64,000 bases of DNA from the NCBI GenBank assembly GCA_051294905.1, contig CM119381.1, positions 22,816,001-22,880,000 on the forward strand. The letters are read 5' to 3'. The stretch is from Botryllus schlosseri. Taxonomy: Eukaryota. The translations under genes were made by a program, and so were the position numbers. Below are positions 26,701 to 38,800 of the stretch, one piece after another. Below the pieces are notes generated by a model. The model ran no database searches, had not been told where the DNA came from, and worked only from the letters and a program-made list of their open reading frames with translations. Position 1 is the stretch's first letter; every line of letters starts with the position of its first letter.

Positions 26701-29700
26701 GATCACAAATCAGTGGTAGAATACACAGCGCTTTGAATGATGTATAGCTTTCTCGCGCCTTCGTATGAACATGAACATGACCGGAGATACCTTTTTAGAT
26801 TGTTATCGTGCACGAATCCAAAAAATTGCGGTTTCCCGGTAGAAAGACAACTCCTGCGATCAGAGCTAACAGAGTGCTCATCTTGAATCTCGCGTGCTCA
26901 GACTTCCTCATGGGGGTCTATCTCGTGTTGCTCGGAAGCATCGCCGTGCAAATGAAGGTTGGTCGAGGCTCTCCGTCATTTTAACACACTGCTCTGATGT
27001 GCAGAGGCTGTCAAAGTAGTCAGTATTGCTACTCATGTTGAGGTAATGCCGTAAATTTCTGGTCAATTACATGAAGTAGCGATTTTCAAGGCATTAAAAA
27101 ATTGAGATCCGAAAAGTACTCAAGTAGATAGTTTTGAAAAGTGGATTTGGTTGAGGTGTCGCATGCATTTAGTAGTAAATCGGAATAATTTTATACATTG
27201 AAAGATGGGTATTTGCGACATCGTAAAATGACCGTGACTATACAGTATACATATACACCATTACAGCAATCTTCGAAAATATATTCTGCGACTACAATAC
27301 AGGGGGCTATTTCGACCAGTTAATATTATATATGTCACTCACCGTAGTTATTTTTAATTGCAAAATGTATCTTTACGGCATCGCAAAATGACCGAGTGCG
27401 TCACTGATATAGCAATTTTCGAACATATATTCCGCTACCACGATACGGGGTCAATTTCGCCCCTATAATATGATAAATGTCACTCACGAAAGTGATACAA
27501 ACCAATTCCAAACCTACTGTTAAATTTACAATTGCCAAAGTGAAAAATGTAAGTAATTTTCGTCAAAAACTGTAAAGTATAGAAGGTAACACCCACTTGC
27601 GCTCTCAGGCAACGTAGAATAAATCCGTTACTGACGACCTCAACGTATATGTATCACGTGATTTCCAAGCCGTTTATATTCTTCGTATGAATCTTTCAGG
27701 GCGAATACTGCAGTAAATATATCGAATGGCGCACTAGCTCATTCTGCGTCTCTCTCGGAATACTGTCGGTAATATCCAGCGAGACTTCGGTGATGACGAT
27801 GGTGATTCTGACGGGATGCAGGCTCTACGCGATAGTGCGGGTAATCCCTTTTTGTCCGTTCCGCACGGGACAAACTTGATCCATAATACGCATACGTTAC
27901 GCTCGTAATAAATCGGCAATCAGGCAAAGTCCGCCGTTCTCAGTTACGTGTGTATACATTTCTGGAGAATATGGACCATGTCTGTTTGTTTCTCACCCCA
28001 AACGACTCGCGGACACGACTTTGCATGCAGTACATGTCTGAGTTTAAACAACGTTATTTCATAGTATTAAAAGTCGTGAAGCTTTTCAAGCTTCAAGCGG
28101 TTCTCAGCTCTCTATCCGTGCGCAAGACCTATTCACTATCTCGCGTAGTAGTAATCCTCCTATACACTGAACGAAAATCCTGTATTTCGTCGCATTTCCA
28201 TTGTAGCGAAGGGTGACATTCCGATACACAGCACTTTCTGGTATCCAATTTTGCTTTTATACCCATTCCTCTGGGTGAAAACAAGTCAAATAAAGTAATA
28301 CCAGAACTTAAGTGGGTTCTCTTTAGGTGTACGACCTTTTATGCCTTATTAGGAGTGGTACAGAAAAACAGGACCCAATCCATCCACGCGATGTAGCCTA
28401 TCCATCTAAATAAGTATTGGTCAATTTGACTCGGTTTTACCCGTTCGAATGGGGCTGAAAGAGAACTTTGGTACCGGAAAGTGGTGGTACCTCGATTTAA
28501 GCTTACACGCTACGGTGGAAATTTGGTTAGTAGGCCTACACCTACTTTTCAATCATTTGATGATACGATTGTTGATGTTCTTTCCAATTATCTATTAGTT
28601 GCTGAATTATCTACTAGTTGCCCCTCAGCCGGAAATGTTCGGGTTTATTTCAATATGAATATATTATTCAATTTTAGATTGAAGTTCTGCACCTCCAAGA
28701 CGCCCTTCAAACCATGTATTTACAGTGTTTGTGATTTCATTTCAGCCTTTTCGATCATCCGCAGTGCCTTCCATGCGAAACGTGATGTGTTTGGTGTGTG
28801 TGGCGTGGGCAACGTCACTGACGCTCGCTTTGCTCCCGTTATCATCGAGTCTGACGCATTTGTTCATTGCTGGAGTGGATTTTGTATTCAACCCGTTCGT
28901 TACTGGGACGGAGGTTTCGTTGAACAGCGCTAAAAATGTATTTTCCGTGGTGGCATCGCATTACCTGTGGAACGCTTCGCAGCATGGCGGTAAGTGAGAA
29001 GCAGTATTCGGCGCTTGTTAGTATACCGGCAGTGTTGAGATTGGGACAACTCACTGCCCGCGGCCGCTACAGTTGTTCAAAAATTGTTCGGATGGCTACA
29101 ACAACACTACACACCAAATTTGGCTCAATTCCGGTGTGTAGCAGCAAGGCTACTGAAGCTACAATACTTCTAATTTAATATAAAAAAATGAATAAAAGCA
29201 ATTTACATATCTTTCTGGCAACCACATGGAATTGTTAAGCGGTCTAACAACACGATTTGTAACAAATTTGACTCAATTCGACTCAGTAGAATCGAGGGTA
29301 TTTATGTTCAAAATTTTGGATTTTAAATAATAGTATTTACGGTGCATAGTTCTATATAATAAATAATAATTAATAAAAAATTGAAGAATCTGCCTCCGTA
29401 AATACCATTCTTTTTTCAAATACAAAATTTTGTGCTCCAATGACTCCACTTCTACTGATGGAAATTTATCCAAATTTGTTACAAATCATGTTTTTAGACA
29501 ACTTAACAATTTCATGCTGGGGTTGACGATTTCATTGAATTTAATATTTTTAACTGCTTTGGCTTCACTGTAACACGTTGGAATCGAGCTAAATTTGGTG
29601 CGCAGCGCTTTTTTGCCAACCTAACAATTATATCGAATAGCCAGTCAAATTTGAACAAAAAGGTTATTTTTGAACAACACTACTGCCCGCTTTTCGGCTC

Positions 29701-32700
29701 CTTACGTTTTGAGAAAACGCGGAATCGAAGACGGGTATATTATTCAAAAGGACACCCCCACCAACTCATATAAGTGGGGTTAAAATATCGACCGGCAGAC
29801 CTAAAATGGGGTGAATTCATATCACATACACCCCCGGGAGAGGGATGGTTCTGTTTTCGGGCGTGAATGTATCGATCTCGCCTTCCGTCACATGCCACCT
29901 CATTTTGTCGCTTGTCTTTTTGCATTGTCTTCTTTTACTTTTCAGTCAGTGTGCATGTCTCCTCTTTACATCGCCTACGCCCGGGTGGGTGTCTGATTTC
30001 AAAGACTACTCCAAGTCGCACGACACCTTCCTATCTTTTCATTGTATCGCAGTCTTGTGGTGTATTGAATTGATGAAAGTTCCTAATAAAATGAACTGAA
30101 ATACATATTATTTTCGCTAAAACTGCGGAATCTGCATGGTTTTCTTGACTATCTGGAGAGCTAATTAATACTAGGAAACGCAGCATATCCATATTGTACA
30201 CTTGAAGATGATATTACCCTATGCATCTTGATTTTGTATGGAATCGAACTTACTGCAGAATCGTTTTGTACCAATGAAATATGTTTACGAATCGTCTTAA
30301 AGTAAATTTCTTGAATAGCTGAGTTTTGGTGCAGATCTTGAAGATTGCTTTCATATTACTTTCATCAGAACAATCATTGCAAGAATACATTAATTATAAC
30401 TAGGGCACATTTTTGCAACTTTAGCAACGTTTTTTACAGCTTCCGGCAGCTTCCTAAATACTCATAAGATATGTAGAATGCTGTTTTAAGCTGTTTGAAG
30501 GAATCTTATAGTGCAACTTTTTGCAACTTTTGTCCATTTTTTTCATGCCACTTTTTCGATTTTTCATGGAAGTATTTTCGATTTTGGAGAAGTAGACGGC
30601 CAAATTCGACTGAAACACCGGAAATCAGCACTGAAGTAACGCTTTTACGGGTATTTCGGGAGCTGTTTCAGTCAACCGAGCAAAATGTGGTCAAAATGCA
30701 ACCTCTGCAACTTTTTTCAAAAATAAATGCAACTTTCCACGGATTTAACTGCAACAAAAACTTGCCCTAATTTTAACTCTTCGGCTGCTTCTTATCGATA
30801 GAGTTACTAGCACACTAGAGTGATTACTGTCCCGATAACTCTTGATTAGAGGCACCCGAAAAGTCTTAGAGGTATAGCAAATGCTGTGATTGAAGAATAG
30901 TCTTGCTATCAAGTGGAAAATTTGAGAATGAGTCGGGAAAACAGAAGCAAATTATTGAATATATTTCACTGCAGACCTCAATTCATTTCTCGACGGAGCC
31001 ACTTGGAAATCGTTACAAAACAAAGGCAACGCAATCGGTATCGAGTACTTCGAACCGAAAACGTTATGGGGGTGTGTTTTCAACGCTGACGAATCGACCG
31101 TTTCGATTCATTTCACTCTCTCGTTTCAGATACTACAGCGCAGCGAGCGTGTGCATTCCCAAGTTTTTCATATCTACCTCGGACCCAGCCTGGGTTTTTT
31201 CCCTCATTGTGAATCTATTCAATTTTCTCGCCTTCACATTCGTTGCCGTTTCCTACGTCATAATATATATGTTTTCTCGACGAAATCCAGCCACGATACG
31301 GAATCGAGACGTCGAAAGAAAGCAGATGAGAAGTAGGTTATTAACCATACAATGGTATGTTTTTAGTACACTATGTTGAAAAGCATCCTATGCTCTGTTG
31401 CTGATTTTTGGCGTATTGATATTTCCCTAACATTCAACTTTGACTCAATTTCCGTACAAAAGCCCTGTAGTGGATCTTAGCCACTCTTCAGCAATTCCTG
31501 AGTAACTTGAGAGTCAAGTCAATTTGCATTAACCCGTGTAAATTCTATACATTGACGAGTAACGTTGCTGTATATTTCACCAAAACAACACTAATAAGCT
31601 GTCAGTTTGAGTCCGACCTGTTGGAGAATATCTGAAGTTAGAACGAAAATGGTCAAAGCTATTAGTGGTTTGTGACGGAATCAGCAAGTAATATGCGTCA
31701 CGAATAGAGGTTATCAAAGTAGTCAATAAGTGATCGCTGGTACACATCGGAGTATAGACGTAACGCCATTAATTAATATATATTCAATTACAAGTATAGC
31801 AATTGCAGGTTGCACCTACGCGACTATTAACGCAAAATCACTAAATGATACTGCAAATTTTAGAACATATATCCAATTAACGTAATACAGGGGTTACTCC
31901 GTCCTGACTTTGTGTCAATTTCACTCACGAAAGGCATAAAAATGCATCCCAAACCTACTTTCTACTTTCCAAAATCGAAAGAGTGCAGAGTAGCGTTGTC
32001 TAAACACCGCTGTGTAGAAGTTGACGTAGTCAGACACCTTGAACCCCTTTGAGCCGATGGTCAACTCAATCATTGGCCTATTTGTCTCTTTTCATCGACA
32101 CAGATGCGCAGAAAAAAAGCTTTCCGATTTCTTATCATTATAACATTGGCATTGAGACGCAACAATGCTGAACGATGCTGTCTGACTCTTTTTCTCTTGA
32201 GCTACTCTCTCGTTTCGCCAGACAGCATTGTTGCGTCCCAATGCCAATCTCCATAACAATGAAAAATTCGAGGCTGATTGTGGGAGTTCCAGGGCCACGA
32301 GCGGAATAAAATTTATATTTTCGTAATCAGTGCAGAGTCAGCTTTCGATTGATAGCAATTTTACCAAATTTAATGCTCGGCAAGCCGGTCAAAAATGACC
32401 GTCAAATTGCCTGTAGCCAAATGGAAATTGTGACGTGATACAATTTCACTGAGGCGTGAGATTTGCCTGTGTCGACACCATATAGGACACTATTATAACA
32501 CCACTAGCTCATAACGATACCTATCGCTCCCAGAAATGCAAAGAAAGATCCTGAGATTGGTGGCCACGGACTTCTGCTGCTGGGTCCCGGTATGCGTCAT
32601 GGCGTTCGTCAAACTCGCTGGCTGTCACGTGTCCGACACCGCCTACGCGTTCGCCGCCGTCATTCTCTTGCCCCTGAACAGTGCGCTCAATCCTATACTG

Positions 32701-32949
32701 TATTCCGACATTCTGGATACCGTAACGCAGCGAACGATGGGCGCTGTCACAACCTGGATCAGCAGTTTGTCACGTGCCGGCTCGGCGTCATCAAACAACA
32801 ACAAACCTGACTACATCGACCTGCCGCTTGATGCTTTAAAGGCCGTACCAGATTGCCCGCCGCAAAAAGACGTGGAGTATGGTAAAATCATGCAGGACAC
32901 GCCGCTTGCCGTAAACGTCGAGGCGACTGGTAAAGTCGGCGATGACTGA
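14715..32949 (+). CDS. Class A GPCR of the relaxin/GRL101/LGR lineage with about 10 LDLa-like modules and no LRRs
   Basis: Exons: 14715-14805 (signal-peptide-like MIFCSIETLIFLFLPFSSILSAVEG), 15570-15696, [link unresolved], 19730-19932, 20496-20667, 20785-20933, 21705-21764, 22162-22399, 23266-23375, 24360-24522, 25745-25876, 26005-26169, 26799-26957, 27700-27840, 28746-28989, 30975-31071, 31130-31332, 32534-32949 (TGA). Phases are consistent from 19730 to the stop. LDLa cores e.g. VCDGIIDCSDLSDEC, VCDGILDCGEDE, VCDGLIDCVDGKDE. 7TM motifs GNL (TM1), NLACSDFLMGVYL (TM2), YYSAASVCIP (ECL2), LVATDFCCWVP (TM6), NSALNPILY (TM7). AATAAA at 33031-33036. Confidence 0.9.
16352..16924. repeat. Inverted-repeat (foldback/MITE-like) element with approx. 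200-bp arms in a GPCR intron
   Basis: 16352-16550 is the near reverse complement of 16727-16924 (e.g. GCTTCGCTGAAGCTTTACTCAGACTTATTTTACGGCAGCTACTGTAGGATTT). No TSD identified. Confidence 0.8.
17333..17948. mobile_element. 616-bp foldback MITE with 275-bp arms (family A)
   Basis: Arms 17333-17607 and 17674-17948 appear perfectly complementary by eye; termini CATAGTGTCCTATATGG; flanked by direct repeat ATTCCAC (17326-17332, 17949-17955). Confidence 0.9.
18450..19404 (-). pseudogene. Possible highly decayed LTR-retrotransposon (Bel/Pao-like) integrase remnant
   Basis: Minus-strand ORF 19063-19404 contains CLDHNG...VYILIFLLLVTCAGAHIELV, loosely like the integrase xDxxGP...YxxLFTCxxTRAxHLELV region. 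Downstream frames are broken. Motif resemblance only. Confidence 0.25.
29930..30100 (+). repeat. 3' end of a LINE/SINE-type retroposon family; other copies approx. 47480-47665 (+), 62155-62310 (+), 63689-63765 (+), 45068-45240 (-), 63880-64000 (-), 18330-18440 (+, degenerate)
   Basis: Shared core CAGTGTGCATG.C.CCTCTTTACATCGCCTA.GCC..GGTGGGTGTC.GAT...AGACTACTCC...GTCG...CGACACCTTCCTATCTTTTCATTGTATCGCA, followed by an AATAAA-like motif and short simple-repeat tails. Confidence 0.75.
30401..30769. mobile_element. hAT-type MITE, 369 bp; related sequence at approx. 12330-12490 (reverse) and approx. 8760
   Basis: Termini TAGGGCA.. / ..TTGCCCTA; TSD ATTATAAC / ATTTTAAC (7/8); internal TGCAAC repeats. 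Confidence 0.75.
32134..32493. mobile_element. Family A foldback copy with an intact right arm and a truncated left arm, 40 bp before the last GPCR splice acceptor
   Basis: 32220-32493 matches arm 17674-17948 with scattered substitutions; short remnant of the opposite arm at 32134-32175. Confidence 0.8.
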
Positions 32950-33253
32950 TTTAAAAACTTTGCTTTACGGTACATTTACCTCGCCAAAGAGTATTTTAAT
33001 GAGATTATCCAACTGTTTTTGCTAGTGTAGAATAAAATGTTTGTTTATTTATGATATCATATGAGCCTTTGTGTATCAGTAAGGTCGTCGTTGGGATTAT
33101 GCGTTTAATACGGGGTTCATTTCTGCGGTGGTGACACCAGCGTCTTCACAGTTCACAACGAAGATCGCAGCATCATCAAGTTATCGTAATCGATTGCATT
33201 TGTATAATATCAGAAGCAATCGCAATCGGATATTTTGTATATAACTGACAATA

Positions 33254-33440
33254 TCGCGCAATGGTGGGGCGTCCGACTTCTTGGTCGGTATAGATCGTGG
33301 GTTCAATCCCCGGCCGGGTCAGACCCTTCCTGGTCCAGCGACGTATGCACGGTGCACGCGTAGCACGCATATGCTCAGATTGTGTGTGTATGCAACATGC
33401 GTCGCAAGGCTACATGAGTCGGTGTATTTGCCGTAAAAGC
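33254..33440 (+). mobile_element. tRNA-derived SINE (Pol III A/B-box head)
   Basis: A-box-like TCGCGCAATGGT at 33254-33265 and B-box GGGTTCAATCCC at 33299-33310; no complete cloverleaf. Confidence 0.5.
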
Positions 33441-33894
33441 ATCAAGGAAAAAATACTAACATACTATTCATACGTAATCTATTGCTCTGTAAAAGGATGG
33501 TTACTAAACCTTTTAGTCCCGTAAGGACTATGCCATACACTGAACAAAGAGAAGGCCTGATCGCATTAGTTTATAAGGGATTGACTGCGAAACATTGATT
33601 GTCTAAATGTCTATGGGCTGGGCACTCCGCTCGTATAGCGCAATGCAAAACCTGTCTACCGGTCGTCGGGATAATTCAAAAGGTGTCCGCCGTAAAACAG
33701 CGCTTGTTTAGAAATCTATAGAGAAAGTAGACGATCTGGCGGTAAAAGCAGCTTTGCCACGATGTAGAATGGGTATGGCGTGATGTAACAGCTAAATGAC
33801 GTCACAATTTTCAAAAATATTTCTGCCGACTGCAATATTGTCTTCGAATTGTGCTCAAGGCTAAAGTTCAACGAAGCTAAAATATATGTAATCG

Positions 33895-34225
33895 TAGGGT
33901 TACCATATTTTGGAAATCTAAAAAGAGGACACTTTTCAGAATTTTCAGACTTGCAAAACCGGAGGAGAATTCTCAAAAAATGGATGATAAATTTATCCCA
34001 CTGTGTGGTCGGTCGACTAAAAAAAAAGGTCAACTTTCCACTCAGCTCCCGAATTACCCGCCGGAGCGTCACATCGGTGCTGATTTACGGCATCTCAGTC
34101 GAATTTTGCTATAAATATGACCAAAATTCTCAAAAAAGAGGACGAAAGGACGTCCTCCGAGGACACTTTCAAAAAAGTCAAAAAAGAGGACAAATCCTCT
34201 TAAAAGAGGACGTATGGTAACCCTA
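33895..34225. mobile_element. MITE with Blackjack-like TAGGGTTACCATA termini and an unusually long target duplication
   Basis: TIR TAGGGTTACCATA / TATGGTAACCCTA; GAGGAC subterminal repeats; flanking direct repeat TATGTAATCG (33885-33894, 34226-34235). Confidence 0.85.
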
Positions 34226-35808
34226 TATGTAATCGTAAACGATTAAATTGATGTTGCACTGGTCCCATGTCTGGTGTAAAGTACGTCACCTTTGAAGACG
34301 TGCTGATGACACCAGGTGCTTCTTGATGCAGCTAAGCAACTCGGCGCTTTGAATTACCGCGGTTGGTGTCAACGTCTGGGAAGTCGCTCTGCAGATGATA
34401 ATACGAGATCGTGGTTATGTCAAACCGGGCCGTATTAGCGAAGAATGTTCTATGGTTCTGAAATATTACTTCGCGATTCAGCAGTCCTTTTAAACTTCAA
34501 TAATTACCCAGCTTGATCGGATCATATTTGCCGCCGGTGCTCGAGATGCCATTGTTCAGACCTAAGAATATTATGCTCATTGCTCACGCTCATCAGAGAC
34601 TAACGACTAATACAAACAGATTTTATCTTGCTTCGGATTGAGTCGAATACGCCTGACCTTGACGATATTGAATTGAACCTGCGGCATGCGAGGTAAGGAT
34701 TTGTACAGGCTTTCACACGCAACACAGTAAAAAGTTACAATCATGTCCAGATCTGAATAATAATTTCTGGTTACGTAACAGCAAGTCATCATGAGACTAC
34801 CCTGCCTAGAGGGTAAATTTTCTGCAGGTCACTGTGTAGAGATCGTTTCGTGAGTTGATTTGTGACAATTCGCGGAATGGCCTGGAGTTATGTCTAAATC
34901 CTTAGCACAAGCGCCCAAGAATGATCAAAGCAGATGGTGATTGTGGTGAAATATACATAAATATGAAGAGAGTGATAAACTGTCGATCTGCATATACGGG
35001 AGCACTTGAGGCTTGCGGTCGAGATATAGCTGCAGTAATGAAGTAACCAGAGCGGGGTTCGTGGGCAGCGGGCACGAGCTAGCTTTGATAAGGACGGGCT
35101 CGAGGGCTCGAATATGCAGCTACAAACCTGGCGGAATCCTGGACAATTCGTGACCATCAAGAGCTCTGTTCGCAGGATTCATTTATAGTGTTTATGTTAT
35201 GGTAATTAGTTATTTTTGAGTCACACACATCCATAGAACATCAGGCGGCGATACCCTCAAACATACCATGAACTGATTTTGAAACCGTGTCCTGAATATA
35301 CCATGTATAATGTATTATCCTCTCAAGTCATGATAATTTCACGATGAACATGAAAACTGTCAGGCTTTTCTATTGGTATTTTTGCCATTTCTTTTGTGTA
35401 TCATATTTACTTTGCGCCAGTACGCGCAGGCAAATCCAAGCCAAGCCAAGCCCTTCAAGATGGAGCAGAGCGAACGTGGTATAAGTTATTATCAAATGTG
35501 AGATGTAGGGGATAACATGCTGACTAAACACCGACTTTTTTCTCATTTGAGCGGGTACATGTTTTCTATTAGGGTCTGGATAGAAAAATTTTGCGCACGA
35601 CCAAAGTGATTCATCACTCGTCGTGAAGCACCTCTCACGAATCAACGGAAAAGTGAGTGAGCACGAGCAGGTTACGACGTACACAAACCTGCGTGAAAGG
35701 CGCCTGAGTTGGAAACAAGTCAGATAACAAGACACGCGCTGCTAATAACGTATGCTTAGTTTACAGCGCAGTAGAATAGGAAGTACTGCTTTTTGAATAC
35801 ACAGCAAG

Positions 35809-38800
35809 ATGGGGTGTTCACGACCAGAATGTTCTAAGTCTTGCTGTAAGAAATGGGCTAAAGACAATGCACTGCTGCTGGCAACTGTTGCCGGCGTTGT
35901 GATCGGTATTGTAATGGGGATCGCTATGAGAGAAGCGAATTTGTCAAAGCTGGATATCAAATATTTCGCGTTTCCCGGCGATCTTTTACTCAGAATGCTG
36001 AAGATGATTATCGTTCCACTGATCGTGTGCAGTTTGATTACTGGTATGTATTACAATTCAATTTTCCAAATCACAAGAAAATCATAACCATGGATGGTGC
36101 GTCCATAGAGTCGGCAGGCCAGTACTAAATCGTGGGATAACGGGTTTATGTAAGTTATGCTAGCAAGCCACATGCGGAAACTGGTTATGTGGTATAGGCC
36201 GGGTGATTTTCATTCCCACATGTGCGACTTTGAAATTAATTGGGCTTTGTTTAAATATGATTCTTTTTAGTTCAATATCTTAATTATCGTAGCGAGAATT
36301 CGGAGGCGGAAACAATTTTGAGGAATTTCGTGACGTCATGGATGTAATCGTTATAGTATCCAGTAAATAGACTGTATAAGCCTGTTCGACCACTGCTTTC
36401 AAGACAATTTAATAATATATATTCATAGTGAAATAAACCCGAATATTTTCGTCAGACACTCATCGCGGGTAATCGTTAGCAACTATAGTAGAGAATTCAC
36501 AAAGAACTTTGCAGCCGAGAATATTCGGGTTGATTTCAATATGGATATATTATTCAATTGTATACAGAAGTTTTGTACCTTCAAGGGTCTCTTGTTTTCA
36601 CGACCAAGTATAAATGTAAGTGGATAGTGTCACGGAACCGATATAAGTTTTCAGTGTGTGTTTCTCAGTGATTGAAATGACATATCTTTGCGTACTTCAT
36701 GTGTGCATACTAATCCTGGGCAAATTTTCGAAGGTGTCGCTTGCCTCGATAAAGAAGCGTCAGGTCGGCTTGGGCTACGAACAATAGCGTACTACATGGG
36801 AACCACTTTCATTGCTGTCGTGCTGGGGATCGTTCTCGTCGTATCAATTCAGCCAGGTATTGCTCATTGTCGACAAGTTTAGGTGCTACTGTTGCCTTTT
36901 GCGCGTGACATGAATGCGAACATTATTTGCTCGCAAATGATTCGCGAGTTTCGATGAAACATCGCTGTTTGCTCAATTCTGAAAATAATGGTCGGTTGAG
37001 CATGGTAGACAGATCGTGACACCTCTTCCTATAAATAAAATACTGTTGGCCGGATTTCAATACTGAACTTGAACTTTTTTTGATATGCACGTCGTACACC
37101 AGGGATCTCAAAAATCAATTTTGGTCAGTGGCCGGATTCAAACAGCTTGATTGCTTGCGGACGGACTGGTCAAATGGTGTCAAAATGTTACCTCACAAGC
37201 TATATCTTTGTGCTTCATTGGGGTTCTGGTCCAACAACATCTTTATTCGTAAATAATAGATTTGACAAGATACAATGATTGGCAGATTGAATACAGTTAT
37301 AAGCCACTAAAGCAGCTTTACTCGAATCTACAATCTACATGTCACGAAGATATGAGATGGCATATTTCAATCTGATGAACCACTGTACTGGAAGGAAGGC
37401 GGGGGAAGTGAAGAATATTTTCTGACAGTCAAAACACGAAAATATGCATTCGCTGACTAACGCTTGAATATCTTTAATATAGATATAAATTATGGAACAT
37501 TCACCGACAGCCGATGATACCAATTAGTGAGGAGATGGGCCTGGAAACTACTGCAAAGCCTATTACGTGTGACTCACCTTTTCACGTTATTTAAATATGG
37601 CACCCTTATGAAGGAGGTTGCATATATACTCATGTACATATGCATATACACATGTTTTGGTTCACAGGACATGTTTATTTGTCATATGAGATTAGGATGA
37701 AATTTGCGACTGTGGAGAAGCTCGATGTCGCAACAGTGTATTTAACAGTGTATTAATTAGATTGCTTTGATATCACGGCCACATCCCACCAAGGAGAGTT
37801 TTGATCGGAACTTCATTGATTTGATGCAAGGACAGTTGACCACAGCGAATCATGGTTGGCCGGACTCCCCCTCGCCTTATTCGCAATAAGTTCATTTAGG
37901 AGATGACATGGACATAACATTGTTCATCGTAATGTAAAGAGTTGCCAATTGCCCATCCACAACTATCACATATTTGTACAGGACGCTTCGGAACCGATGG
38001 CGCAGTACGGCAATCTTCCTCTCTGGACGTGGAACCTGTTGATGCAATCCTAGATCTTATAAGGTCGGTAGCATTCGTACGTAGCATTGCGTAAAAACAT
38101 CGACATTGATCATCTTGAAATGGTTCGCAGGAACGCATTCCCAGAAAACATAGTTGAAGCTTGCTTCAATAAGGTAAATTTTATATGTGATCTCCAGTCT
38201 TATTACAGTAATGTGCATAACAATAACGACAGATTAAATCGGTTCGAGTTCCAATCACTGAAACTAGAAACGCAACAAAGTATTATGCGATCAACTCGAC
38301 CGAATCGGATAATGGAACAGCTTCACCTCTTACCACTATTGGATGGCTGGAAGAGGAAGTCACAGTGGACTACAAGCTAGTAAGAGGCATTCCTGACTTT
38401 CATGATAGGCTTGCTTGTGAATTTGCCCACATGACAATACAGGCAGACGCGCTATTGCCACATCGAAACATAAATTAATTATACGATTTAGCAAAGGTTC
38501 CACGATACTGCGTCCATAAGTATTGGTATATTCGATTCGTTTTCACCTATCGAAATGGGTTTGAAAGCACAATTTTATGCCAGAAAGTGACGTTTTCCCG
38601 ATTTACATCCAAAGCTATCGTGGAAATCGGCGAAATCCACAATTTTGGTTTATCCACTTTCAAGTATGAAATATATCCGCATGTTTTCATCTCACCTATT
38701 CTGATTTAAACAAACCTAAGCATGGAAGCAATATCTGTGGGCGCCATTTCAAATGTTAATCAGTTTACATTCACAACGCTTTAGCCTTGCCGTCACAAAA

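Noticed and set aside
33254-33320. tRNA gene (also considered at 60075-60110)
   Set aside because: Only box-like motifs; no acceptor stem or full cloverleaf, so a SINE head is more likely.
34260-35180. Relatively GC-rich tract between the GPCR and SLC1A as a coding remnant
   Set aside because: Frames I translated are repeatedly interrupted with nothing recognisable; a BLASTX search would be needed.
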